Assembly: GCA_951406725.2 (NCBI GenBank)
Contig: OX597815.1
Coordinates: forward strand, 177,320,001-177,384,000
DNA length: 64,000 bases
Reading direction: 5' to 3'
From: Octopus vulgaris
Lineage: Eukaryota
Shown here: piece by piece, positions 28,508-41,090 of the stretch
Layout of the letters: each line of letters opens with the position of its first letter
Numbering within the stretch: the stretch's first letter is position 1
The notes under the pieces: generated by a model
What the model was told of the DNA's origin: nothing
The model's input: only the letters and a program-made list of their open reading frames with translations
Database searches by the model: none
Position numbers and translations under genes: made by a program

Positions 28508-29059
28508 TAATTAATAAACAAGTTCCAATGCATTCATACACCATCATATCCCACCTGCGCAAACCCCGGGTTCTCTCTTTCACGGTTTCTCTCTTTCTCT
28601 TTCCTTCTCTCCTCCCTCTCTCTTTCATCGTCTCTGAAAACAAGCACAGATGTACACGCGGTATATAGTCGAAGTACAATATATCATGTATGCGATGTAG
28701 TAAAGCTATCGAATACATAACCTAGTTGAGATACTGTGAGAATACTGCTCATGGTGTTTAGCTGAATACACTGTAGACAATTATGCATTATGTACAATAA
28801 CAACGCTCATATCAACATATTTATTTAATGGAAAAAGTTTAAACCAAAACAAACGAGACGCCGTTTGTTTTCACTGTAGAATATTAATATAATGCCGAGC
28901 GGCTGGAGAGTAGTTTGCTAGTAATAATGAAACTCATAAGTGATAGTTACAAATGGAAAGATTGCAAATACAACTCAGGATGGAGTATGAGCACCGGCTG
29001 CATTATGCATGACGATATGACTACGTAGAACAGTAGAAAGAAGGTCATGGGTTGTTATA

Positions 29060-29260
29060 TGCAAGCGATGTTGGGGCGGGGGGGACAAACACAGACATAC
29101 AAACATATACACACATATACATACATATACGACGGGCTTCTTCAATTTTCCGCCAACAAAATCCACTCAGAAGGCTTTGGCTGGCCCGAGGCTATAGTAG
29201 AAGACAGTTGCCGGAGATGCCACGCAGTGGGACTGAACCCGGGACTGTGTGGTTGGTAAG
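29060..29260 (-). mobile_element. SINE family B (5' half and mid region)
   Basis: gggggacaaacacagaca...gacgggcttc...aatccactc..gaggctatagtagaagaca..gccacgcagtgggactgaaccc. Confidence 0.8.
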
Positions 29261-29526
29261 CTATCTACTTTATTTTTTAAAATTTTACCATAAAGGCACG
29301 ATACAGAGTAGCTTGCTGGTTGAACAAAGACATTGATGAGGTGAATGATGAAAAGGATGATATTATTGGGAGAAGACAAAAAACGCCCACCGATCCTTTG
29401 CTTCTCTAAAACATTGTTTTCTTCTTTTTTTCACAGAATAAATAAGAATGAGCCACGCCACTCTGGAGATGGTTTCGCGAGGATAGAAATAGCTGGAACC
29501 CTTCTCTACCCAAAGGTATTTTTGCT

Positions 29527-29765
29527 CGCATCTATTTCTTTACCGCCCACAAGGGGCTAAACACAGAGAGGACAAACAAGGACAGAAACACGGATTAAGT
29601 CGATTATATCGACCCCAGTGCGTAACTGGTACTTATTTAATCGAACCCAAAAGGATGATAGGCAAAGTCGATCTCGGCGGAATTTGAACTCAGAACGTAA
29701 CGGCAGACGAAATACGGCTGCGCATTTCGCCCGGCGTGCTAACGTTTCTGCCAGCTCGCCGCCCT
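29527..29765 (-). mobile_element. SINE family A, well preserved
   Basis: Ends at ctgccagctcgccgcc (head on the minus strand); core and B-box intact. Confidence 0.88.
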
Positions 29766-30297
29766 AGATTTTTGTTCGCATCGTGACACTAATGTTGGAA
29801 ATCGATCCCAAAACTTGCGCTGCCTTGTCAGTTGTGACGTGCAATCCGTGGACATTTATGAGCAGGTAAAGGATGACTTTTGCAACCAAATCCACAATGT
29901 CGTCTCCAGCTGACAACATAGGAATAAAACTATTGTTTGCATATTCTTTACTTTCTCGTTTCCTTTGTACTGAGAAGGATACACGCACACACACTCACAC
30001 ATATATATAAATATATATATACATACATATACATACATATATAGAGAGATACATATATGTATACGTGTGTGCGTGTGTGAGAGTGTATGCGTGAATGTAT
30101 ATGCATAAATAGATATAAAGATGATCACGTAATATATAAAATAAAGAGAATTATAACACCCTCTTATTCAGGTTTTATTGTGCTAGTGCATCAAAGTTCG
30201 AGTTGTATTATTGCCTATTACCCTGAAACTCAGAAGAAAGACTGTTGAAAGGCCATTGGCTTATATGTAAGCGTACTGGCGAGTTTGTTTGGATACA

Positions 30298-30341
<44 letters not shown>

Positions 30342-30425
30342 CACACAGATAGAGACATAGAGGGAGAGACGGATATAGATGTGTACATGCATACATACAC
30401 ACACACGCACACACACACACATAAA

Positions 30426-30466
<41 letters not shown>

Positions 30467-32559
30467 GGTTATAATAATATTTGATTTGATTTTTATAAAT
30501 AGTTTCGTTTATCTTTAAAACTCCTGGACTCAGTGATCATAAAGAAATTTTTGCCGATAGTTAAAAGAAAATTATAAAGATTACGAGAAAAATAGATCGG
30601 ACGACAAAGAGAGTTAGATATGAGGTGATACGTGTAGTCGAAATAGGACAATTAAATTCCAATTGCCAGTAGAATCCAAAGAAACATTGTTTCTGGAATT
30701 GATTTAAATTTGTGAAGACCTAACATATGTGAGGTAGGTACGTGATATCAACGATTGGAACATTCAAAAACCTTGGCATTTAAAATAGTACTAAATTAAA
30801 GAACAGAAGCTTATCTGTTGTTTATGAAATTTAGTTAGAATGAAAAAATGTTTAAATTGGATGGTATAACATAGAAACCATATGAATATTATTAATTTAT
30901 TAAATAAGGCCTGGTATATTTGCAATAAAAGCCGCGGCAGTAGGATAAATAGCATTCAGATAGTAAAATGATATTTATTAAACTACAACGAAAAAACAGA
31001 CTATCGATATTAGAATAATAATATAATTATATAATTTAGCTATATAAAGTGTTATTTTTGAAGAAGACAAGTTCGGGTATTTTATTAAATAATGTCGTTG
31101 ATCTTTACATTGAAAGCAAAATAATATTGAAGTACCAAGAACGTATAGGTAGATGAAGAGAAAAGATTTCAGATGTTGGAGGAATATTTTCAATTAATTA
31201 GCCTGATAAGAAAATTAATCAAAATGTTTAATCAAAATCTTGAATTCCCTGAATACAGTAATCGCATCTCTCTTGCACTTCCGTCCTGACTCTCTCTCTC
31301 TCTCTCTCTCTCGCTCTCTCTCTCCCTCTCTCTCTCACTCAATCTCTCTCAGTCTCCCTTTGTGTCTATCTGTCTGTTTGTCTGTCTCTGTCTCTCTGTC
31401 TCTCTGTTTTACACACACATATACACATGCACCAGCACATATATCGCATACAGAACTCGCACGCACATGGCTTTCAAATATTCAAATATAGTTGTTGATT
31501 TGAATAAGAGTAGATGTGACATTAGAATTTTTTTTAAACTGCCATAAATGTATTTAACTTAGTTTAGAAGAACAACTCATGTCAACTTGTCGAGTGATAT
31601 TTCTCATCACGTTGCTCAAAGAAAAACTATGTAATATTTAACTGGACAACAAAATTTCATCTCGCCATTTTAACGAAAGGAGTTTGAAACTTGATCAAAG
31701 TCAACCGCCTTAGCATTAATGCACGGTTATTCTAAATGGTTTCCTAATGCTCATCATTGTATTATTTATTTACTGAGACCATATGAAAATATCTACAATT
31801 TATGGTAAACCATTGTATAACTGGGCATAATTTTACTTCTTCCCAAGTTGAGCTCATTATTTTATCATTGTCCTTCTCTCCATTCTAGAGAATCTGTCCA
31901 TTTCTAATAAAATAAATACATGTCATTACTGCTGCCTCTTCTAAACCAAACTATTTCATTAATATAATAATAAAAGTAATAGCAAATCATATAATTTCAC
32001 AAATTTTTTATTGGATTCAAAATACTCCAAAATGCCCGAAATCATCATTATCATCATCATCATCATCTTTGCTTCTCCAAAATTCCAAATAATTTAGACA
32101 TTCATATTAGTTATCTTCATGCCATACCAATCAAGACCCTTTTGTGTTTCTTTTAAATTTCAGTAATTAACCAATTTCCGTACATATCAGAATTTAGCCG
32201 TCTAGTTTTCAAAGTATTCTCCATTTTCTAAATAACTTCATTCGCTCACACATATTCATACTAAAGTCTTTTTCTCATTATACACAATTTTTTCCCTTGG
32301 TGCTAAAGATGTCGCATTTATACACACATATATGTGCACGCGTGTGTTATCTTTGATATTGAATTAGTTGTTCATGGAGTTGAAGCTGGTCGCTCACAAA
32401 CTTCCCCAGAATTGTTTAAAGGTCGTTGAATCAGTGCGACCACCACCACCACCACCATTGAAATCTTCTCCTCTTCAGTTTGGTTTTAGAGCATTCCTGC
32501 TGTGTTTTTTCTCACGCGTGCACTCAAACACACGCGCACACACCTAGTTTCTATGGGAT

Positions 32560-32957
32560 GGTCATCGATGGATCCTCTGTAGCGTCGTGAAACTACACCC
32601 TGCACACTCTGCACCTTATTAGCGACGCTGTGCGAGAACGATATAACATATTCTGGAATCGGTCGGAGATCAAGGTCAAGTGGAGTAAATATGCATATTT
32701 TAGCTCCGTTGCCATAGCAACAGCCCGATACTACTTTGAACAAAGTTTCTGCTTTTGACCGCGTGTGTACCGATGGCGATTTTTTTCCTCCGTCTTCCCT
32801 TCCTTGGATCTTTCCTTTTCCTATGATTCGGACGAAGAGCTCCGCTCGAAGCGTTAACTCCTCTTTCTTTCTTTCCTTTCCTGAGCGTCCAATAACACTA
32901 TACTCGTTCCACGTCCTCGCGTTGTTGTGTTTTCTCTTTGTGTTTTCATGTTTGGAT

Positions 32958-32962
<5 letters not shown>
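32560..32962 (+). mobile_element. Penelope-like 3' region/pLTR remnant with decayed HHR-like motif
   Basis: CGGACGA-A-GAGCtccGCTC-GAAG-CG-TT at 32829-32855 is a PLE-type CTGANGAAG...GAAACG motif with two core mutations. It is followed by a pyrimidine-rich tract running into (TA)n. Confidence 0.4.
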
Positions 32963-33009
<47 letters not shown>

Positions 33010-33012
33010 TAT

Positions 33013-33079
<67 letters not shown>

Positions 33080-34223
33080 CACATAAATATATACATACAT
33101 ACACAAATACACACATATGCACACACACGCACACACACACACACATATATATATATACATAGCGAGTTAGCTAGATAGATACATGCACACATAATTACAT
33201 ACATATATAGATACACACACACATCGAAACATGCAAACAGGTATATTTGTTTGTGTGTGTGCATATATTTATGAAGATATTCTTGTTTAATATTAGACTT
33301 CATCTAATTATTTGAATATCTCTGTACACAGCCATATATAACAAACCTAAATATCTATTGTCTCTGTACATTGTTTTCTCCTTAGTGTTATGCCTGGGGT
33401 TATTTAGGTCATTCTATTGTCATTTGTACAATTTGAGTGATTTGTTTGTATTAGTATGTGAAATTTTTCTTCGACATCATCATATTCTAAATTATATTTT
33501 GACAGTCTGTCGCAAACAATATCCAGTGAACAGACTCCAAATAAATGAACGTATTACTTGATTTTTATAAACCTACAACGTATTTTGTATACAGTTGAAT
33601 GTTGGATTTAGAATCGTGTCAATGAAACCGACTTTTCTAAATCCTGGGAGAAAAGAAGTCATTAACATGAACGATGTTGTAGTAATATACATAGTAGTGA
33701 TAATTAAATACATTCAGAAAATATTTGTTATTTTTCAGTCTTCAGAAATATTTACTTGTCAAGGAATAGGGTTATACACTATCTACCACGCCCAGCTGTA
33801 ATCACCTCTCGTTAAAGATCATTTCCGTATTCTGAATGGAATTGAAAGCGAACATATGCAGCTTTGAACTGAGTTGGTCGTCAAAAGAATGCAAAAAAAA
33901 AAAAAGGTAAGCTTTATGAAATTTACCACAACTGGTCATAAGTAAAGAAAGCTCCCCAGGAATATGCACAGCATTGTCACCAAATATATAAATGGTACTG
34001 ACACGACAACAAGACAGCAATTTAAACAATCGTAAGTGCCATTCCGTTAAAATGGCTTATTGATGTGTTTTGTTTTTACTTGACGAGATGATTACATTGT
34101 TTTACATCATTCTATTCCCTTAGCAATAATACCAATGTTTTCTTCGAAACACATGTCGGAAGTATAAAGATTTGAATAACACCTGCGTTTAACTCCATTT
34201 CTTAATTTATATATATTTATATA

Positions 34224-34736
34224 CTAGCAGTATCGCCCGGCGTTGCTCGGGTTTGTAAGGGAAATAACTATATAAGCATTTTTAGAGAGTTACTTCCCTT
34301 ATAGATGCTAATTCGGGCTTTCTTAGCCATTTCTGTTTTGGTGTCTTCAAGCCATGAAGTCGTTGTTTTAAAAGAACGCTGGTCTCCTTGACAACGCTTT
34401 ACGACGTTGATTTCCTTACACTCCCTTCCCCACAGCTTCACGAGGGAGGGAAGAAGGGGGAGAAGCAAACAGGTGCAGGTGTGACCATGGACGCCAACTC
34501 CGCCGCCATCGACACACGAAAAATTATGCATTAAAATGGAATAAAAAATGATGTTAAATTATTTCTAAAATTGTAGACTCATCGTAGACGCTCGCTAATA
34601 CGCAGACGGGCTCGATATGAATCACGACTATAAGATACCCGAATTTGGTTAAACTGCACCGCAAAATGTGGGAGTAGTTAGGAATCTAAATCGAAGGGGA
34701 CAGACACTCGCACAACTACAGTTTTATATATATAGA
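34224..34736 (-). mobile_element. Non-autonomous Helitron, same family as 28109-28507
   Basis: Minus strand: TC start at 34736, the same subterminal hairpin, CTAG end at 34224, and a shared body (gattcctaactactcccacatttt...gtatcttatagtcgtgattcatatcgagccc). Confidence 0.88.
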
Positions 34737-35346
34737 TATATATATTTGTAAAAACAGCTGTTTGCAATATTACATTGAAAGGAAAATTATAGTCACCAAC
34801 TAAACTTGACTGAAGTTGTCTAATATGCCCCAATGCTGTTGTTAAGCACATAACATATGCTCTGATACGGGCTGCAATCGCCCTGTACACTGAACCGACA
34901 AATCCTTAGACTGACTGGCCAGTTACGCCTATTTCCGTAGCCACCTTCAGTAAGGCCATCTCATTCGGTTGATACCGGCTCGGTTGTATTTTCGGGCGAC
35001 TGAAGCCCCTACCAGAGTATATGAATTCTCTGTCTGGACGTTTTCTGCATCCACACCTTGTCTCTGGGGATGGAAATGCCATGTATGGAAATGTTGACAC
35101 ATCACATGGGATATCCCAGAAAGAGCTGTAAAGCATTAATTACTTGTACTTCACCAATTTTCTTATTCCCCTTACTTTAATTAATTATTCTAAATGAACT
35201 GAACTACTCCTTCTGCAGTGTGCCTCAATCTGCACTATAGCCTCGGGCCGACCAAAACCTTGTGGGTGGATTTGGTAGACGGAAACTGAAACAGGCCCGT
35301 CGTATATATATATATATATATTTATATCACGTGACCACGTGATCAC

Positions 35347-35632
35347 GTGACCGTCAAGACCATCAGATGCTGTTACACATCGCTGGTCACAATGCGTTCG
35401 CATTGTTTTAGCCTTCGAACGAATCCACTCCGCTGGCTAAGCGAGCAGGCCAACAGAAGAAAGAGTGAGAGAAAGTTGTGGCGAAAGAGTACAGCAGGGA
35501 TTGCCACCCCACCCCTGCCGGAGCAGCATGGAGCTTTTAGGTGTTTTCGCTCAATAAACACTCACAACGGCCGGCCTGGGATTCGAAACCGCGATCCTAC
35601 GACCGCGAGTCCGCTGCCCTAACCACTGGACC
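35347..35632 (-). mobile_element. tRNA-derived SINE family C
   Basis: Minus-strand head tggtccagtggttagggcagcggactcgcggtcgtaggatcgcggtttcgaatccc with A and B boxes. Confidence 0.8.
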
Positions 35633-35633
35633 A

Positions 35634-35701
<68 letters not shown>

Positions 35702-35704
<3 letters not shown>

Positions 35705-36515
35705 CAGTATTGCCCGGCTAAGTGCGCTCGTGCGAATTAAGCTAAACTTGGATGAAGTTCAATCAAAATTCAATTATTTTGGTTTTAAAATCAAGCATTT
35801 AATGCCCTCTATTTTTGCGCTTATGTGTTCCATTTCCTCAATAGGAAGTAGGTAGAAGCATTTCATAAATTTTTGTTGATCAAATAATTGCATTGTTGAA
35901 TTATTCTTTTAGATCAGTATTTCTCAACGGGGATTTCACGGGAGAGTTTCAGGAAGTCGCTGGCGATATATCGTGATGATCAAAAATCCGGCCTACTAAA
36001 ATTTGGTTAAAGTGATTCAAACTGCAGACTCAACGCAAAATGGTCACATTTTATTCAAAGCGTTAAAAATGTTATGAAAACAATTGGTATGTGTTCACAA
36101 AGTCCAAACGATTAATACGAAAAAACCCTCCAGGCTACATCCCGAAAATGTATTTCTTTGCCGAATTTCTACAATGTTTACTGCGATTCGTTTTTATATC
36201 TTGATTTTTTATTTTTCATACAATCTACGCATGCTTGCACGCGGGGTGAACACAGTTCACATCAAACAGCTGACTGAGTAAAGTTCACTATTCAATGTAT
36301 GGGATAAGGACTAAACAAACACATTATCGATTTTTGCACTTACTAGATGAATTTCGGAACAGAAATAGCGCAGTTCAATTTTCATTCGCCTAAACTTTAA
36401 GTGACCCATTTTTGGTGGTTCTACGATTTGTTGGCTAGGCGATGTGCCGAGAAGTTAAACACACAGACACACACACAGATACACACACAGGCACACAAGT
36501 TGAGTTATATATATA
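35702..36515 (-). mobile_element. Older Helitron-like element
   Basis: tagcagtattgcccggc at 35702 matches the Helitron 3' end seen at 34225. The minus-strand 5' end tatatataactcaacttgtgtg...gtgtgt has the typical Helitron-N start. Confidence 0.45.
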
Positions 36516-37664
36516 TATTTGTGAATATGTATATGTTTTAGTGTCTGTGTTTGTCCCCCCAACATGGCTTGACAACCATGCTGGTGTGTTAATGTTCCCG
36601 TAACTTAGCGGTTAGGCAAAACAGACCGACAGAATAAGTACTGGGCTTACAATGAATAAGTCCTGGGGTCAATTTGTTCGACTAAAGGCGTTGCTCCAGC
36701 ATGGCTTCGGTCAAATGAGTGAATCGAATAACAATCTATATATGCATTTATGTATGTATATATGTGTATATATATTCATATGGATTATGTATATATATAC
36801 ACACACACACACATACACACATATATATGTATATGTACACGTATTTATGTATTGGTATGTATATAAATATATATGTATATTTGAATGTATATATACATAT
36901 ATATAGAGAGAGTGAGAGTGAGAGATACAGAGTGAGGAAGAGGGAGAGAAAGTGTGAGAGAAGTACATCTGTGTATGTGTACAATGGTGTGATATATGCA
37001 TAAATGTCTCTGTCTGTGTATGGATTCTACTACTAATCTTCACAAGTGACTGGACGACACCTGCTTATTCGTACCATCTGGAGAGACCAAACGTAATCAA
37101 CATCTCAACGGTGTGTTCTAATTCAAATCTTGTAACGCCGCTGGTTTTCTTCTTAAAACTAGGCAAACCACGACAGCTTCTAAAGTTATTGATCATATGC
37201 TGTTGACATATTTCTTCTCATATTTTCTTTTAATGTAGTAAATTTATCGGTCACTTTTTCAACTCATATATTTATATCGATCTATTAAATGGGAACATCT
37301 TTTAAAATAACATCGGACACAATATGCAAATACAGTGAAGCAGAAATATACAAAAAAAGAAAGAAAGAAAAGTTTCTAAATGCATTAAGATTATACAGAT
37401 ATTATTTGGAAATAGGCGATATTATTTCATAAACTTATCTCAGCATAATGACCAATGGGAATACACAAGTGTCCTTAACATATTGATTTCAAATTTAGTA
37501 CAATATCCCAGATTACAAGTTAAGGTTCTAAAGTATTGAATTTTTGCACGCATAAGAGGTATCGACTCTTAGTGAGTACAAGTGCGTGAGGGTAGTATCT
37601 AAATTTTCACCTTCATATGCTTTGCGGTTACATGTGTTTTAACTGAATAAATAATACGCAGATT

Positions 37665-37735
<71 letters not shown>

Positions 37736-37749
37736 TAATAACAATACAC

Positions 37750-38090
37750 CAACCACGTGTCCGAACCAGATATTGATCAAAATCTTACACACTAATGGCT
37801 ACAACGGACAGATTCGAAAGGTTTTGTTATTGCAGCGCAAGATCAGAGCTTCCCTACCAGAACTACCATACAAACGTCCTTAAATATGGATCTGAACCGT
37901 TGCGCAGAAGTTACGGAAAATTGACAGACGCATTTGATTATGTTATTATTACGCACTGAAAAGGAGTACCTCATTAGGAATGACAGATTAGGGCAATGCA
38001 TCCACTGGAATGCTTGTGAATGCTACAAAATTTAATCCCATGATAAGTGGTACAGGCACCATCCAGAGAATGTGGTAAATGGTGATATTC
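37750..38090 (+). pseudogene. R4/Dong-clade non-LTR fragment (CCHC region)
   Basis: DIDQNLTH*WL...GFVIAAQDQSFPTR, EKEYLIRNDRLGQCIHW, DKWYRHHPENV. It begins directly after (AAT)n at 37668-37745. Confidence 0.8.
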
Positions 38091-38199
38091 CGACAAGAAA
38101 TGGTGTCTCGATAAAAATACCGTTTGGTCGCTAACCTTAAAGCGCATACCTGAATGATGAGTGAAATGTCTAATACTAATGTTTCAAATAATGTTATTC

Positions 38200-38540
38200 A
38201 CGAGGCTGGAACCATAGGTGAAAGCCTTTCGCCCGGCAGGTAACTTGTGGTTGAGCAACGCAGGCTCGGTCGTCATCGGAGACTGCTTGTACGCAAAGAC
38301 AGAAGCAGAGAAGGAGGTGGGATAAGGAGGAAAACCGAACGGTAATCGAATGCTGTCTCAAGATTGAAGCCACATGGCTGAAAAGGATCGGTGCAAGTGT
38401 GAAGATAGAACACCTACAAAAATCATCATTGCTTGGAACTGCAAGAAATCTTCGCAGGGTCCTTGAAACATGTCCAGTAAACAAGTGTCACCTTAGTCTG
38501 CTGGCTGTGGACAGCTGACACTATCCATCAAACCCTGCAA
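38200..38540 (+). mobile_element. Internally deleted R4/Dong-like element
   Basis: N-terminal-like RRRWDKEENRTVIEC is joined directly to C-terminal WLKRIGASVKIEHLQKSSLLGTARNLRRVLE, then a 3' UTR and a trinucleotide array. Confidence 0.6.
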
Positions 38541-38545
38541 AATAA

Positions 38546-38563
38546 GCTAAGAGTCTTCATATT

Positions 38564-38632
<69 letters not shown>

Positions 38633-38639
38633 CTACTTC

Positions 38640-38703
<64 letters not shown>

Positions 38704-38824
38704 TATAATAATAATAATAATTATAATAATAATAATAATAAGAAGAATAATAATAAGAAGAAGAAGAAGAAGAAGAAGAATAAGAAGAAGAAGAAGAATA
38801 GGAGGAGGAGGAGGAGGAGGAGGA
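38546..38824. repeat. Compound trinucleotide array (CTA)n-(ATA)n-(AGA)n-(GGA)n
   Basis: Directly visible. Confidence 0.95.
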
Positions 38825-39619
38825 AAATAAGAAAGCTGCTTTCGGTCTCTTTTATTAGGGTTACTTTCATTAGTCAATCCTACATTAAAATTTATTACAA
38901 AAAACTGTCTTTTGTGTTTCGCTCTCGCCAGGTCACAGTTCAATTCCTGGAACGAATAACTCAAAACATAAATGCAAATGGAATTTCTCCAGCATAGATT
39001 TGAGCAGCTATATGTTATATTCAATATAAATTTTGATTTATAATAATTCAAGTTTAGCATCTGCAAGAATATTTGTTGTCATAGGTTGGAATTATTATTC
39101 TGCCAATTTACCATCGAATAATTATGTATATGGTCATATAATGTAGAATAGTGTTTAAATAATCATTAATGCAGAACGTTTTAGGTTTGCCATGATGAGG
39201 TTGATTTCCCTAATACGTTATGAGGTTTCTTTACTAATTCAATGAACTTAAATTTCCTTCTGTCCTAAGTTCATGGCATTCTTATTATGATTCGTTGCAT
39301 GAATACGTCATCCGTTGTCGAATTCGGTTCTTATTTTCCTATTATATTCAACCAGTATTGATGCATATTGATAATTGGCTATAATCGTAATTTGGACTAC
39401 AGATCCTGTCAAGGATCACAGTTTTACAAAATATCTGGTGTCGTAACGTGGCGAAATACCTCTGAAATTTGTTGAGTATTTTGCATAAATGCTTCTTTTA
39501 TTTCTAATGTTTTATAGGACATCGTATCATCCAGCTATTGTTGGGATAGAAAAGTAAGCATTACATTTGATGGCGGAAATATTTTCTGTATGTTATGTCA
39601 TGTTGCATCGTATTACATT

Positions 39620-40022
39620 TTTTTTTACTTGTTTCAGTCATTTGACGGCGGCCATGCTGGAGCACCGCCTTTAGTCGAACAAATCGACCCCGGGACTTAT
39701 TCTTTGTAAGCCCAGTACTTGTTCTATCGGTCTCTTTTGCCGAACCGCTAAGTGATGGGGACGTAAACACATCAGCATCGGTTGTCAAGCAATGCTAGGG
39801 GGACAAACACAGACACACAAACGCATATATACACACACACATATATATATACATATATACGACAAGCTTCTTTCAGTTTCCGTCTACCAAATCCACTCAC
39901 AAGGCATTGGTCGGCCCGGGGCTATAGCAGAAGACACTTGCCCAAGATGCCACGCAGTGGGACTGGACCCGGAACCATGTGGTTGGTTAGCAAGCTACTT
40001 ACCACACAGCCACTTCTGCGAC
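39620..40022 (-). mobile_element. Full-length SINE family B
   Basis: Head gcagaagtggctgtgtggtaag, CORE-like gcatcttgggcaagtgtc, central TA/TG repeats, and tail ...caaatgactgaaacaagtaaaa. Confidence 0.9.
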
Positions 40023-40387
40023 TATGTTTATTAGTTTAATAGTAAGTGATTGCATTTGATGATGATGAAACGGTAATGGCAGTCCAGTACCATTCTTGGT
40101 ACATCTAATATGCTGCCCAGATCTAGTCTATATGCACCTAATGTAAATATGAGATTCGCTAAATGACATCCAAGATGACTGCGTCATTCACTTAAACGTT
40201 GTCCCAATAGTTATCGCTCGCGATTGGTTGATATAGAGATATAGTTTCTCTGTTATGTCATAACGCAACGTTTTCAATTAAGTCGTTAGTTTTTAAAATT
40301 TCCTTTCTGTATTTCTGATGGAATTTCTAAAGTGCTCCTTCTTAAGCGTTTAGTTTATATTGTGCGTATCATTATTGGCATAATGAA

Positions 40388-41090
40388 GCCGGCGAGCCGG
40401 AAGAAAGGGTACAGCGTCGGAGGGTGGGGAAGCATTCTGTCATTTATTATTACTTCTTACGCAAAAGGCGGACGAAATACTTAGCAGTGTTTCGTCTATC
40501 TTCAAGTTCTCAGTTCAAATTCCGCCCAGGTCAACTTTGCTTTTCATCATTTTGGGGTCGATTAAGTACCAGTTGCGCACTGGGGTCGATCTAATCGACT
40601 GGCCCCCTCCTCAAAATTTCAGGCCTCGTGACTATAAAAGAAAGGATTATTACTTCTTAAGGTGTAATTTCAAAACCCGCCGAGGTAGACGTTGCTTTTT
40701 CTTCATTTTAAGCTCCATAAAATTAAGTACTAGATTAAGTACGGGATCGATGATATCATCAATCAGTCCCCCCACCTCAAAATTCCTCTCCTGCGTAAAT
40801 TACAAACCATTATCATAAGCATAATAATGCATTAGATTTCCAACGGAATCTTTACATCAATATTTGATTTCCAATGATGGCGGCGAGCTGACAGAATCGT
40901 CACCGCGCAGGTCAAACTGCGTAACGAAATTTCATCCGTTTTCTTATTCTGAATTCAAATTTCACCGAACTTAACTTTATCTGTTATACTTTCTGGGCCG
41001 ATAAATTATGTACCCATTGGGCTCTGGGAGTTGATGAAATTGATTTACCCCCAAATTTCTGGCCTTGTGCCCAAATTTTCCAATGCTACT
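40388..41090 (+). mobile_element. Cluster of decayed SINE family A copies
   Basis: Heads ggcgagccgg (40390) and ggcggcgagctgacagaatc (40879), with several ttcaaa..ccgcc/ggtcga core motifs. Confidence 0.7.

Noticed and set aside
38557-39066. 169-aa ORF with poly-P/L/I/S
   Set aside because: It is the antisense translation of the trinucleotide array.
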